Shown: piece by piece, positions 11,122 to 22,934 of the stretch
Position numbering within the stretch: the first letter of the stretch is position 1
Layout of the letters: each line of letters starts with the position of its first letter
Assembly: GCA_964016885.1 (NCBI GenBank)
Contig: OZ024740.1
Location: 260,710,001-260,774,000 of the forward strand
Direction of reading: 5' to 3'
DNA length: 64,000 bases
DNA from: Eledone cirrhosa
Taxonomy: Eukaryota
Translations under genes and position numbers: made by a program
The notes under the pieces: model-generated
Seen by the model: only the letters and a program-made list of their open reading frames with translations
The model's database searches: none
Told to the model about the DNA's origin: nothing

Positions 11122-11325
11122 TGGCACCAATGCCACTAATTTTCAAGGTGGACTGGATGCATCATCATCATGGCACCAGCACTACCATTTTACAGAGTCT
11201 ATTGGGTGTATTATATCATGGCATCAGCACTACCAATTTACAAGGTGGACTGGATGTGTCTTATCATGGCACCAGCACCACTAATTTTCATGGTGGACTG
11301 GGTGTGTTATGGCACTGACACTAGA
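11122..11325. repeat. Degenerate tandem repeat of ~48 bp (4+ copies) inside a SINE-tail-like sequence
   Basis: ggcaccagcactaccaattt(a/t)caaggtggactgg(a/g)tgtg...cat repeated. Confidence 0.75.
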
Positions 11326-11469
11326 GAAGTTATCACATGCTCATCCAGACTGAAGATTCCTCACACCCTATATTATCTGTTCATTATCACCATTATTGTT
11401 TTATATCCATTTCTTATGCTGATACAGTTGGATGAGACATTTCTTTATTTTTTTTAGGCAGTATTCCTG

Positions 11470-11750
11470 TGGTGGCTCATGGCTTAGTGGTTAGAGCATT
11501 GGGCTTGCAACTGGGAGATTGTGAGTTTGATTCTCGAACCAGGTGAGGGATTGTGTCTTTCAGCTGTGGAAAGGAGTTGCAGTGTTTCCCTTTCCCTTGG
11601 GCAACATGGGTGGCGTGGAGAGAGGTGACTGGCATGAATGGGTGACTGCTGGTCTTCCATAACCACACACCTTGCTTGTGCTTTGGAGGAGAACTCTCTA
11701 TGTGCAAAACTATGGTCATTCATGACCAAAGAGGGCCTACAATTCCTGAT
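11470..11750 (+). mobile_element. tRNA-derived SINE family A
   Basis: tggcttagtggttagagc (A box), gagtttgattc (B box) and the family tail. Confidence 0.8.
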
Positions 11751-13999
11751 GTCTCCCTTACCCTTATTTTTCGTTTTTAGATTAAACCACTTACATTTTT
11801 ATGCTTGCGAAACATATATGCTCATGGAAGAATTACAGGGGAAACATTACTGACATTCAAAATAAAATGCTATAAAAAAATTGGCAATATGTGGGCAACT
11901 ATGAAGACCTGTTAATCATGGTAAGGAACATTCAGGCAACATGTGGGTGACTACAAAGACCTACTAACCACTATAAAGAAAAAAAAAATGAGATGGTATG
12001 GTCATATAACAAGATCCAATTCTTCAAGGGACAATCCAGTGGAGAAGATAGCAGGGACATCAGCTGGTGAAATGGAGGGATAACACTAATGAATGAACTG
12101 GTAAAGACTTCATGACCACCTAAGACCAGGCTTGTGGTAGGGATGCGGCATACTACTCTACCATGGTGGGGAGTTACAGAATCAGTTATGGTAACTTACT
12201 TCACTGATCTTCACACATCAAACTGCTAAGCTGAGGGACATAGACAAACGTCACCAGTTGGGATGGTCATGGCTGGAAGATCTTTACTCAAATGTTTGCT
12301 GAATCTTTGCTAATACTTTGACCAAAACTCTTCATTTAGCAGAATATAGGCCTGAAATTATCTTTACAATCTCCCTTATTTGGGTCTTTTCTCAGCAGTG
12401 CCACCACTCCTTGACTTACAGAACTGGGATTTCTACAGTTCTGTTGCTAGTTGGTGTAGACCTCTGTCAAGATGTCACAAAATAAGTCTGGCATGTCAAG
12501 CTCATAGGGCAGACCATCAAACCTGGCAATTTTTCCTTCATGCAGCCAGCTATTGCCTTCCATATTTCACACCACCACATCTTTGCCGAAAATCACAGCA
12601 GGATAGCAAGGTAGGCACTGAAGCTCATCAAACGATCTGGTCTATTGCTAATTTGGAACAGCTGAATTGGCTGGCTTAGTTTTCCTCCAGTATAGCAGCT
12701 GCTGCTATTGTTTAAAGCAGGAAAGTTGGTTTCCATGTCTGTAAAAATAGTCACTGTTGTTGGTGGTGGTTGTGGTAATGGTGGTGGACGTGGTTGTGGT
12801 AGTGGTGGGTTTGGTTGTGGTGGACTTGGTAATGGTGGTAATAGTAATGTCTCTGCTCTTTGCACGTACTCACAGTCACAACAAGACAGTGAACAACAAA
12901 AAACGAGATAGAATGGAAGAAAACGTTGTGGAAGCCATGTATTTTCTAGTGGGGTTGGTTGCAGTGAATTTACAAAGAAAAATTGTTTTTTGATAATTTG
13001 TGCCCTTAAAGATAAATGAATAAAACCTACCAGTCTCCTTAAATTGCTGAAACAAAAGCAAATATTTTTAGGACCTCAAAACCGCGTCCTCAGGGGGATA
13101 GACAGACAGGCTGTTTAAACTACTGAGGGTCTGATTTGGTTAATGTCTCCATGTTGTAATTATGCCTGTGGCATTCGTAATGTTTGGTGGAGTTGGGTCG
13201 CTGACAGTGAAGTTCTTGTCATCGTTAGTGGCTCACCTTACCAAGGTGTCAGGTGATGCCAGTGAAGGTGCCTGGCTGTTTCAACGCTTTAGTCTCACCA
13301 TCACCCTCGTTTGCCTCAAAAATTTCTGTTGACCCTTGTGATGTGCAGCTGATTGTCACACTTGGTAATGAATTGATGGTTGTTTTTTTTTTGGGGGGGG
13401 GGGGGTATTTCCTTTCTTTCCTTTTCTTTCTCTCTTACTTTGATCATATATTTTTGTGCATTACATTTGTAAGGTTCCTAGCAATAATTAATTGTATTTA
13501 CTATGTGTTTATAGTTTCATTCTGAAAGAGTTATAAATAATTTGTAATGTTATTTATACAACTGTGAACTTCAGAAAATAAAAGTTAGATTTGAAGCCCA
13601 AATATTAAAAAGATGTTGGGAATATGACAAATGAACTAGAATTGGTAGTCAGGGATTTTTACCAATGATTCTTACAATTAGAAATATTACAGGGAGTGGG
13701 GGGTCATTGTTTCTATTTTTATTTAATGTCCAGATAAACTGGAAGGATATACTCCAGTATGTGACTGGTTTTACTTCATTGAGCTTAGAGAGAAAACAAT
13801 CGACCATTGTTTCGGAGTGTTTGCTCCTTATCAAGATTGTGTATGCTCGTGTCTGCAAGCAAACAAACCGAATATTAAGAATATTATGATACTATTTTAA
13901 TATTATTATTCACTCACGAATACATTTAGGTATCCACCATCCTAAGAGCAAAAACAAATTTTGTTTTATATATATATATAGAGGCATATACATATATAT

Positions 14000-14336
14000 G
14001 GAGGCACATGGCTTAGTGGTTAGAGCATTGGCCTTGCAATTGAAAGGTTGTTAGTTCAATTCTCAGACTGGGTGTTGTTTCCTTGAGCAAGACACTTTAT
14101 TTCACATTGCTCCAGTTTACTCAGCTGTAGAAATGGGATGATAGGGACTGGGGTCCATATCATTCCACTGCAAAGTGGTCGTGCAGGTGCCACGGCAAAA
14201 AAGCACCCAATACTCACAGTAAATGAGGTTGGTGTTAGGAAGGGCATCCAGCTGTAGAAATCAAGCCAGAATCAGTTCTCGTCCCACCCTTGCAAGCAGG
14301 GAAAAGCGGACGTAAAGCAATGATGATGATGATGAT
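14000..14336 (+). mobile_element. Young full-length tRNA-derived SINE ending in (TGA)n; near-identical copy at 40903-41248 and inverted 3' half at 15145-15313
   Basis: ggaggcacatggcttagtggttagagcattggccttgcaat...gttcaattctcag...aagggcatccagctgtagaaatcaagccag...gacgtaaa(tga)n, shared nearly base for base between copies. Confidence 0.88.
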
Positions 14337-14559
14337 ATATAAATGAAACAATATAAAAAATTAGAAACATGGATGGAGAAGTTAAAAACAGCTCAAAATA
14401 CAGTAATTTATTATAATAAGCAGTATAAAAGGCTATGTTTCATACCTCTTTGAAAGAATTTTCCAAACAAGCATGTATACAAATTCGTCCTCTTCTTGGG
14501 ACTTGTCAAAATCAGTTATTTACCTCATTATAAACCTCACCAAAACACTCGACAACCAA

Positions 14560-15120
14560 ATGTCTCTTTCAGCTCATTTATGCTTAGCTGTTCACATATA
14601 TTACACATTCATTGAAGCATGCAATCTTCATTTCTTTCCAATCTTTGTAAGTCTTTTGCACACAGCGCCCAGGTCTCACTACCATGCAACATTACTACTC
14701 GTATACATACATCATACAGTCTGCCTTATGTAGCTAGCAATGGTAGTAGCTCCCTGAACTTCTTCCATCCCGTCCTCATTCTGGCTACTGTACTTTCAGA
14801 ACACCCACCTCTGCTGCTAATTTGCTCACCTAGGTAGCAGAAGCCGTCTACCACTTCTACCGAACCTTCCCAGAATTTGATAGGGCTTGTTTCTTAAACT
14901 CTTCTGTTTGCAGAACGATAATAAACAGGAGAACGCTAAGGACAGAGCCCTGGTGGATGCTAACCTGCACGTTAAATTCCTTGTTACAGTCGTTGTTAAT
15001 CCTAACTTTGCTGACTGCTTCCCTTTGCATGGCTTGTACACCTTTCAGAAGCCACTTTTCTACTCTTAATTTTCTAAGAGTACACCAGATACTGTTATGA
15101 GGAACTCTGTTAAAAGCTTC
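14560..15120 (-). mobile_element. RTE LINE RT fragment with an internal deletion
   Basis: EAFNRVP, IHQGSVLSVLLF (ORF 14857..15150) is joined directly to the FCYLG/ARMRTGWKKF region. Confidence 0.85.
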
Positions 15121-16599
15121 ATATATATATATATATATATATATCATCATTTCATTTTACGTCCGCTTTTTCCCTGCTTGCAAGGGTGGGACGGGAACTG
15201 ATTCTGGCTTGATTTCTACAGCTGGATGCCCTTCCTAACACCAACCTCATTTACAGTGAGTGCTGGGTGCTTTTTTGCCGTGGCACCTCCACGACCACTT
15301 TGCAGTGGAATGATATAATATAATATGTATATATGTATATATATAATATAATATGGAAAACGAAGAATCAGTGATGCATCAGAACACAAATTTATTACAT
15401 ATAACAAATGTTTCTCCGGCGAACAGCTCGAGGTGCGATCTGTTTGTGGATCGAACCTGACTCTGGATTCGCAAGTTCCTCAGATACGTCTAGTGATTTC
15501 GAAGCAAATCCTCTTTCTGGAGCGTAGAGTGCTCAACCGGCATACTGCCTATGGATACATCCAAGCAACCTTACTACAAATATATATTAAAATAACAGAT
15601 TAAAGTTTAAGCAAAGAATCACTGCTTTCACCCTTAACGGGATCTTCTGAAACTAAAAAATATCAATCTGTGGACGCAGAAGTAAATATTTCAGAAAACG
15701 TGGCAACCGAAGGAAAACAGGAAGACGATACTTTGGTTCCTGAAGACATTCCCTGGCAATGAACGAAAAAAAAGCGAAGATAATACGTCTTTATGTGGAA
15801 CGAGAGAACAATTACACGCAAAGACAAAACCACGTTTATGGTATAAATGGAGTCATTAGACTAATATTCTATTTAGGAAACCGAATGATACTCAGCTTCG
15901 GAGTTAAGAATAATATAAATAAATTTGTTGAACAAAAATGACAGGTTATTAAAATCATAAAAGTAATAATATTTAAGATTTATACAATTATATATATATA
16001 TACACACATCAATATACGTACATACACGTGCATACGCGAAATCGCACGCCGTACGTACATATACAAGCACATACACATAAACACGCGCACACGTACGTAT
16101 ACCAGGTACGACACATACGAACGTATACACCAAATACACACATATATATATGTGTGTGTATACAAATAATTATATACACACATATAACACACACACACAC
16201 ACATACCTACACATAAATACACAAATGTTCAACAAACGTACATACGTTCAAACACACATACACACTCATACATACCCATATATACACATATACATACATA
16301 CATATATGTGTATATAAATTACAAACACACACGCTCACACACATATATATATAAACGTTTGTATATGTATAATAAAGCCAAAACAATGCAGGTATGGACA
16401 TAGAATAAAGAATGCAAATGCAAAAGATATTGTTGACAATTAGTCTTTTACCTTAGATTTATTTAAATGTCCTTAATTTTCGAGATAATATCTCTTCTTC
16501 GGAGGGAAGTAAAGCTGTTAAACCAGTGTTCTAAATAGCTTGCCAAGTCATACTGTCAGCATGACTTGGCAAGTTAATGGTGTGTATACACACACACAT

Positions 16600-17115
16600 A
16601 TGGCTGACCCTCGTTATCGAGTATGGCCATTGCACGATACACATTATTAATAATTATCAATTAATGCTATCGTGCAATACCTGTGCTTGAAGATTTTTTT
16701 GAAGTGTGGAAAGACTGTGCACTGAGCCAATCCCAATCTCTGAGCGACAGTAGCAATTACCCGAAAAGGAGAAAAGATCAACATCATCGGCAACTACTGT
16801 GCCACAGGTTTTATGTCGGATTTATCCCAGTTTCCTGCGTTGCCTTCTCCTAGAAGAATGTCCTGACAAAGGCTAGGGGTCCTTTACTCCTAGTGGTTTA
16901 ACCGCGCGATCGGGTATCCAGTCCGATTATTTCTATGTCTCCGCGCATATACATGCATACATGTATATACATATACACATATATACATATGTATATACAT
17001 ATTTATACACATTTGTATGGCAGTTGACTATCATGGGTTCTTCCACCCTTTGTCAGGTTTTGTTTTTTGTCCTGCCGGGTGTCCAAAATCACCCTCCTTA
17101 CCAAGTAAACTTTAG
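16600..17115 (-). mobile_element. Short RTE-5'-like non-autonomous element; second copy in the opposite orientation at ~53450-53985
   Basis: The reverse complement matches 53670-53985 (cttctaggagaagg...ataaaacctg and the hairpin attgcacgata...tatcgtgcaat). tctaggagaagg resembles RTE 5' ends. Confidence 0.65.
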
Positions 17116-17410
17116 TCCTGTACTTTACTTTCTCAACTGGCCACCACGATCTTCAAATTTGTTTATTAACGGTCGATCAAATTACTTACAAGAGCTTTAG
17201 CAGTATTCGAAACCGCAACTTTTCGTTAATTATACATACTACAGTTACACAAGTTTTATTTACTGCTTGTCACCTTAAAAGATAAACATATCTAATGGAT
17301 TCTCCCAATAGCTAATGACTGTCTGATTCTTTATTTAAAAGGTTTTTTAAAAAACTGATAAAACTACGAGCTAAGAAAAATTTCGTGGTTTGAGATAAGA
17401 TTATCAAAAG

Positions 17411-17812
17411 ATGGTTAGTCGGAAGCCACTAGCATCGGATTTATTAGGAAAATCTCTGAAGAATGCCACAAAACTAGAACGACGAACAAAGCCGAAAGGA
17501 ATTGTAAAATTGAAGCGGTACCGCCCTAGTAAGATTGTCCGACAATATGGTCGTACATACCAAAGACCAAGTACGTCCTTTATTCAAAAACTTTCTTGTT
17601 TAATTCCTATAGAAGAAATTAAGACTAGGCCGTTCGTATCTAAATCTCTTATAAGTACAGCTCCTCCTTATGTTACCCTCAAACATTTCAGGAAGTTTTC
17701 TCTTCGATTTATTTCACAGTTACCAATTATTGATGCGAATCCTATTTCGGATAACTGTAAAGATCATCAACCAAGTATGGCCGAACTCGATTCTAAACCA
17801 AAAGACGATTGA
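17411..17812 (+). CDS. Candidate orphan basic protein (133 aa)
   Basis: ATG-initiated (aagATGg), non-repetitive 402-nt ORF in AT-rich unique DNA, Lys/Arg-rich. No recognisable domain. Confidence 0.3.
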   Translation: MVSRKPLASDLLGKSLKNATKLERRTKPKGIVKLKRYRPSKIVRQYGRTYQRPSTSFIQKLSCLIPIEEIKTRPFVSKSLISTAPPYVTLKHFRKFSLRFISQLPIIDANPISDNCKDHQPSMAELDSKPKDD

Positions 17813-19869
17813 CGTGTTTCCATAATTTCATCCTCGAATAACTTTTCAACGTTATGATAGAATTGGTGGCTCTTATCATTAAAACACTAATCTCCTAATC
17901 TCCTGTTAGACACAACTTAACTTTGTATGAGGCTAGCTAAACCTGCGTGTGTGAACTGTAATATAAATTTCATTTTTTTTTTTTTTAATCAATTGTTGCG
18001 CGGTTCTGAAACATTATTTCACACGCAAAATATAAGAATTACTGTTTGATATTGCGTCACTCGTGAGTAGAACCCAAATTGATTGTTTAAACCATAATCG
18101 TGTTAACATTAACACTGTTAAAGAGAAATCACCCTAGACACAACACCGTTAAAGTCCACTTTAATCTAACGATTTATTTTAGCCTTTGTCCACTAATCTT
18201 CTCAATACAACGTCGTAACACCGTTGTTAGAAGAGGAATCTAATTGAAGATGTTCACTTGACAGTAAATCTTAATATTTCATTTATTTCATTGGGATATT
18301 TTACCCAGCATGACTGCAATCTAATGCCTAAAACCAGTCAACAATAATCCACAAATTTTGAACTAATCAGATATAACGTCGCCTTTCATTTTTGTGTGTG
18401 GCGGGGTTGATAAAATATAGATGTATCCTAAGAATAAGACCAATTTATCTGTCTACTCTGGCAATGAGGTAGCTTTAAATTCTGAAACAATTTATCAGTG
18501 GTAGTGTTATGTTTGCTGGATTATATTTTATAGCATTCAAATCATTGACTTCTTTTTACTGAAACTCTTCACCATGAACTGTATTGGTAAGACATTCTTA
18601 CAGCACTATAATTGTATCCCATTTAAATTAGGTTTCACTTTATTTTAATACAATTTTTCACGATCTGTCGATTAGTAAATATACTATAAAGTCGTTTTTA
18701 GACAATAAAAGTTAATCTACGCTCTCGATCGTATAAACAATAAACTAATTACATCTCTTAAATATTGAATTTTGTTATTCTCTTCCCTTTTTTTCTCTTA
18801 CTGTTACTGTTTCTTATAGAGATGGAGCGGTGCGGCTGGAAGGATTTGTAAATTGGCGAAAAAAATGACAATTAACAAAACTAAAATTCAAACTTTTGTA
18901 ACTGTCCAGCAAAATGACGAAGAAACAACTATATGGTTCTTTTTTTTTTTTTTTGTTTTTTTTTTTGTTTTTTTTTTCTTTTTTTTTTGACGGGATTTGC
19001 GACAGGTAGATAGTTTCAGCAATGAAAAGACCAATGGAAACATTGTTTCCTTGGTCCGATTTGACGAGTTCTCCATTCCGCATGTGAATGAGATTTGGGA
19101 TCTTGTCAATTGATTCCCCAATTGTTTTTTCACATATTTCTTTATTCCTGCAGGAATCTTAAATTTAAAAAAAAACATACAAGGTTATGTTTACTTGTGT
19201 TTTTTAAGATGTTTGATTGTGGTGAATGGGTTAATGTATGGTTTATTTATCTAGATTAGTGGTAACGCTTTTCTTTATATAGGCACAAGTAAACATAACA
19301 TTGCATTGTTTTGTTTTTTTTTGTTCTTTTCTTCAATTCCTTCTGCATAACGAGCGTTTTAATCTTACTACCAGCTTTAAAGTTGTATTCATTTGATATC
19401 TTGATATTGCCTTATTTGATTCTTAAAACAGAGCTTAATAAACCTCTTATTTTTATTTTTTATTTTGTATAAGATTTCCTGGAGATATACGGTTTGGATG
19501 AAACACCCATGATGTAAATATGTGTTAATTGATAATTTCCAGTTGTTCTGCAAATGGATGTGATATTTTAGCCGTATTAAAACGTGCATAGAAATGAAAG
19601 AATACTTTCATATCCTTGACTTTTTTACAATTTTGCTGTTCTACCTGAACTGCTCTTGGCATATTTTAACTGTCAATAACTTAATCGTCCAATTTGTACT
19701 CCCGAGAAACTGGAGACGGAAGTGCATTGAACTTCTTTCAACTTACCAAAGAAAATAGTGAAGTACTACACTATGATTACATGTATTATATGTATGTATT
19801 ATATGTATGTATGTATGATATTAATGTATAACTTTATAAAGCTAACATAAACATTGCAATGAAAGGTTA

Positions 19870-20592
19870 ATATATTTTAATTATCTACTCAGATAAATAT
19901 TGAAATATATTACATTTCAGCCAAAATCTCATGGGGGTGGGGTGAGGTATATAAGCTAGATTGACTAAAATAAGTTGGATTTACTTATATAATTCCCCTA
20001 CCATGGTTTCTGGAACTCAAAATACATCATTGGTAATACCAAGACATTGGAATAACCAATATTGGAAGAATTTCAGTTCCTTCATCGGGAGAATTCTTCT
20101 TAGAAATAAAGGGACAAGTTGAATATATATCATACATACCATACCGTTGCTAGACCGTATGGTGAATGTGTTATAAATTAGTATTGATTGCTCTATCGTT
20201 TAGACGGTTTTGGCTGCTACTTCCAACGTCAATATAAGTTCGTCGTATTGTCCTAATACATTAAGTGGGATATATTTATATAGTAATTCAGCGATGCAAC
20301 ACGTCGTTCAACGTGTGGTCTACTAGCGGTATGGTATGTATAATATATATTACACATGTCCCCTTATTTATAAAAAAGAATTCTCCTCCCGATGAAGGAA
20401 CTGAAATTCTTCCAATATTGGTTATTCCAATGTCTTGGAATTACCGATGCTGACTATTGAGTTCCAGAAACCATGGTCGGGGAATTATATAAGTAAAACC
20501 CACTTATTTTAGTCGGTCTAGCTTATATCCCCGCAAAATGAGATTTTGGCTTAAGTTTAATATATTATATTACTTCTCTGAGTAATAAAAAT
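19870..20592. repeat. Large fold-back element (~290-bp arms, ~130-bp spacer) with a hammerhead-like core in each arm
   Basis: ccaagacattggaataaccaatattggaagaatttcagttccttcatcgggag (20039-20091) is the exact reverse complement of 20386-20438. Pairing extends across the whole arms. Confidence 0.93.
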
Positions 20593-20724
20593 GTTAATGC
20601 GCAGTATTTCTTATTTTGTTTAGAGATAAAATAAGCCGCATAATTTTTTTATTGGTCTATTTAGTTTTCACATTAAAAAAAAAAAATACGTATAATAGAT
20701 TATGATTGCACACTAAAATAATAG

Positions 20725-20892
20725 TTTCTACTTTTGGCACAAGGCCAGCAATTACCCAGTACATTACTGGTACTTTACCTTTCATCCTTACGAGGTCGAT
20801 AAAATAAAGTCAACCTCGGCGGGATTTGAACTCAAATCGTAAAGGGACGTAACTATGCTGGAAAGCATGGCATCCGACCCTCTATCGATACT
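20725..20892 (-). mobile_element. SINE family B copy
   Basis: Near-identical to 24428-24605 (ttttggcacaaggccagcaatt...gtcaacctcggcgggatttgaactca...). Confidence 0.8.
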
Positions 20893-21067
20893 AAAATAAT
20901 AATAAATGAAGTATGGCATGAAAAAGGAAAATTCAAGTGATATATTATACAATATAAAATATGGCAGGAGATATAGAAACAGACAAGCGCATGTATTTTT
21001 ACGCAAATAGAATATGAATGGAAAAGTAATAGCATATTATTTGTACTTTTTTAAACATAATTTTAGG

Positions 21068-21103
<36 letters not shown>

Positions 21104-21749
21104 AAGCGAAAAGTTAGACGAATTAGAATGAAACAAATTTATAAAAATTAATCAAATATAAAATATTCTAAAATAGCTTATAAAAATATATTAAAATGGA
21201 AATAACTTAAAATTAATAAATTAAAATCCCACTGATAGCCTACATTTTTTTAAATATCTAATGAAATTTTCATTAAAAAAATTAATTATAAATATACTAT
21301 AATAAATTAACATTTTTTAGTTATTATATTTACTATATGAATTATTTTTGACTTAAGTTATTTACGACAAATTAATTGAAAAGAGATCTATAGCAAAAAA
21401 CGAAGCTTGAATTAAGCAATACTATTTGTTTAATAAAATAACAAATTGTACATAATACTAGCAGAAAAACCATCTGCGGGTGGTTTTCTGCTAGCATGTG
21501 TAATGTGCATATTAATATACGAAAATATATATACATACGTCCAATAAAATCGGAATTGACAATATGCACAGAAATTGAACGAAGTCTCTGTTACTCTTCT
21601 GTAATCAGTAAAGTTATCCATGACATAAAAAAAAGACATTATATATAAATTGCATATATGATAAACTAAAGTTATGAAAATGTAAAAGAAAAAAAAATAA
21701 TGACGGAAATATAAACCTTATATAACGATGCAAATATATGAACGTTTAT

Positions 21750-22900
21750 ATTAGGTTGTAACATAAATTTTTTTAAAGATTTATTCAAAATAATAAGAAT
21801 AACAAATTAGTCAATGTATTCTCCGTCATTGTTTACGACCTGCTCCCACCTATCGACCAATGTATTGATGCCATTTCGCCAGAAAACGCCAGACCTGGAC
21901 TCGAAGAAGTTGTTAGGCCAATTTGCAAGGTCCTCGTCATTGTCGAAGGTTACGCCCCTCATTTGGTTCGACAATGAGCGTAAGAGATGATAGTCGGTTG
22001 GCGCAAGATCCGGGGAATACGGTGGGTGCTGAAGGACCTCACAATCGAGCTCTTGAAGAGCAGCTTTGACGATGTTATCAACGTGGGGCCTGGTGTTGTC
22101 GTGGAGCAGGATGACTTGGCCTTGTCGATGGGGTCTTTTCTGTTGGATAGCCTCATTTACACGATGCAATTGGGCTATGTAGAAATTCTTGTCGACCATT
22201 TTGTTTTTCTCAAGCATCTCCCAGTGCACAAGACCCTCTCAGTCCCATCAAACGCAGATCATGGTCTTTTGGGGATGGAGGTCTTTCTTAACTCTCGGCT
22301 TTGGCGTGTCTCCTGATGCCAACCAGTCCTTCCTTTGCTTCATATTGACGTAGACACCATTTCTCCTCTCCCGTGACAATACTGTATAAGAATCGTTGCT
22401 TGTGGCCGTGTTGCTCGGTGTCGGGCGAGATGTTGAGCAGCAATTTGAAAGCGATTTTTTTTTTTTTTTTTTCTTTTCTTCGGTAAGCTTTCGTCCAAGC
22501 TTTTGAGTAAAACCAATTGATTGAAAGTGGTGGGAGATTGTCATTGCATTGCTGTTCATCTTTTCCGCCAATTTTCTGCATGTTTGGCGACCGTCTTCTT
22601 TCAAAAGCTCCTTCAAATGGTCTACGTCGAACTCCGTAGGTCTTCTAGAGTGAGGCGCGTCACCAGGTCGAAGTTGCCATTTTAAAACTTGCCAAACCAA
22701 TCTTGAGCAGTCCTCGCAGCTATAGCATCTTCTCCGTAAACGGCGCAAATATCCCGAGCTGCTTCGGCGGCTTTTTGATTACGGCGAAAAGCGAAATAAA
22801 GCAAGTGTCGAAAATGGGTTTTTCTGCCTCCCGGAATTTCCATTTCAAATGCTACAAAAAAAAAAAAAGAAGTAAAATTAAGTTATTCAAACAAATTGAC
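21750..22900 (-). mobile_element. Mariner (D,D34D-type) transposon with a frameshifted transposase
   Basis: LHDNTRPH, HPPYSPDLAPTDYHL, IVTGEEKW, LHPQKTMICV and an HTH region. Mariner-like terminus tattaggttgtaacataa at ~21750; no matching TIR found at the other end. Confidence 0.93.
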
Positions 22901-22934
22901 TATATTCACTCAGCCAAATAATAAAAAAATAGTG

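Noticed and set aside
12593-12993. Pro-rich and Gly-rich ORFs
   Set aside because: Explained by a GGT/GTT low-complexity tract; no domain or splice support.
14005-14075. tRNA gene
   Set aside because: The A/B boxes belong to a SINE head; no complete cloverleaf, and the sequence continues into the SINE body.
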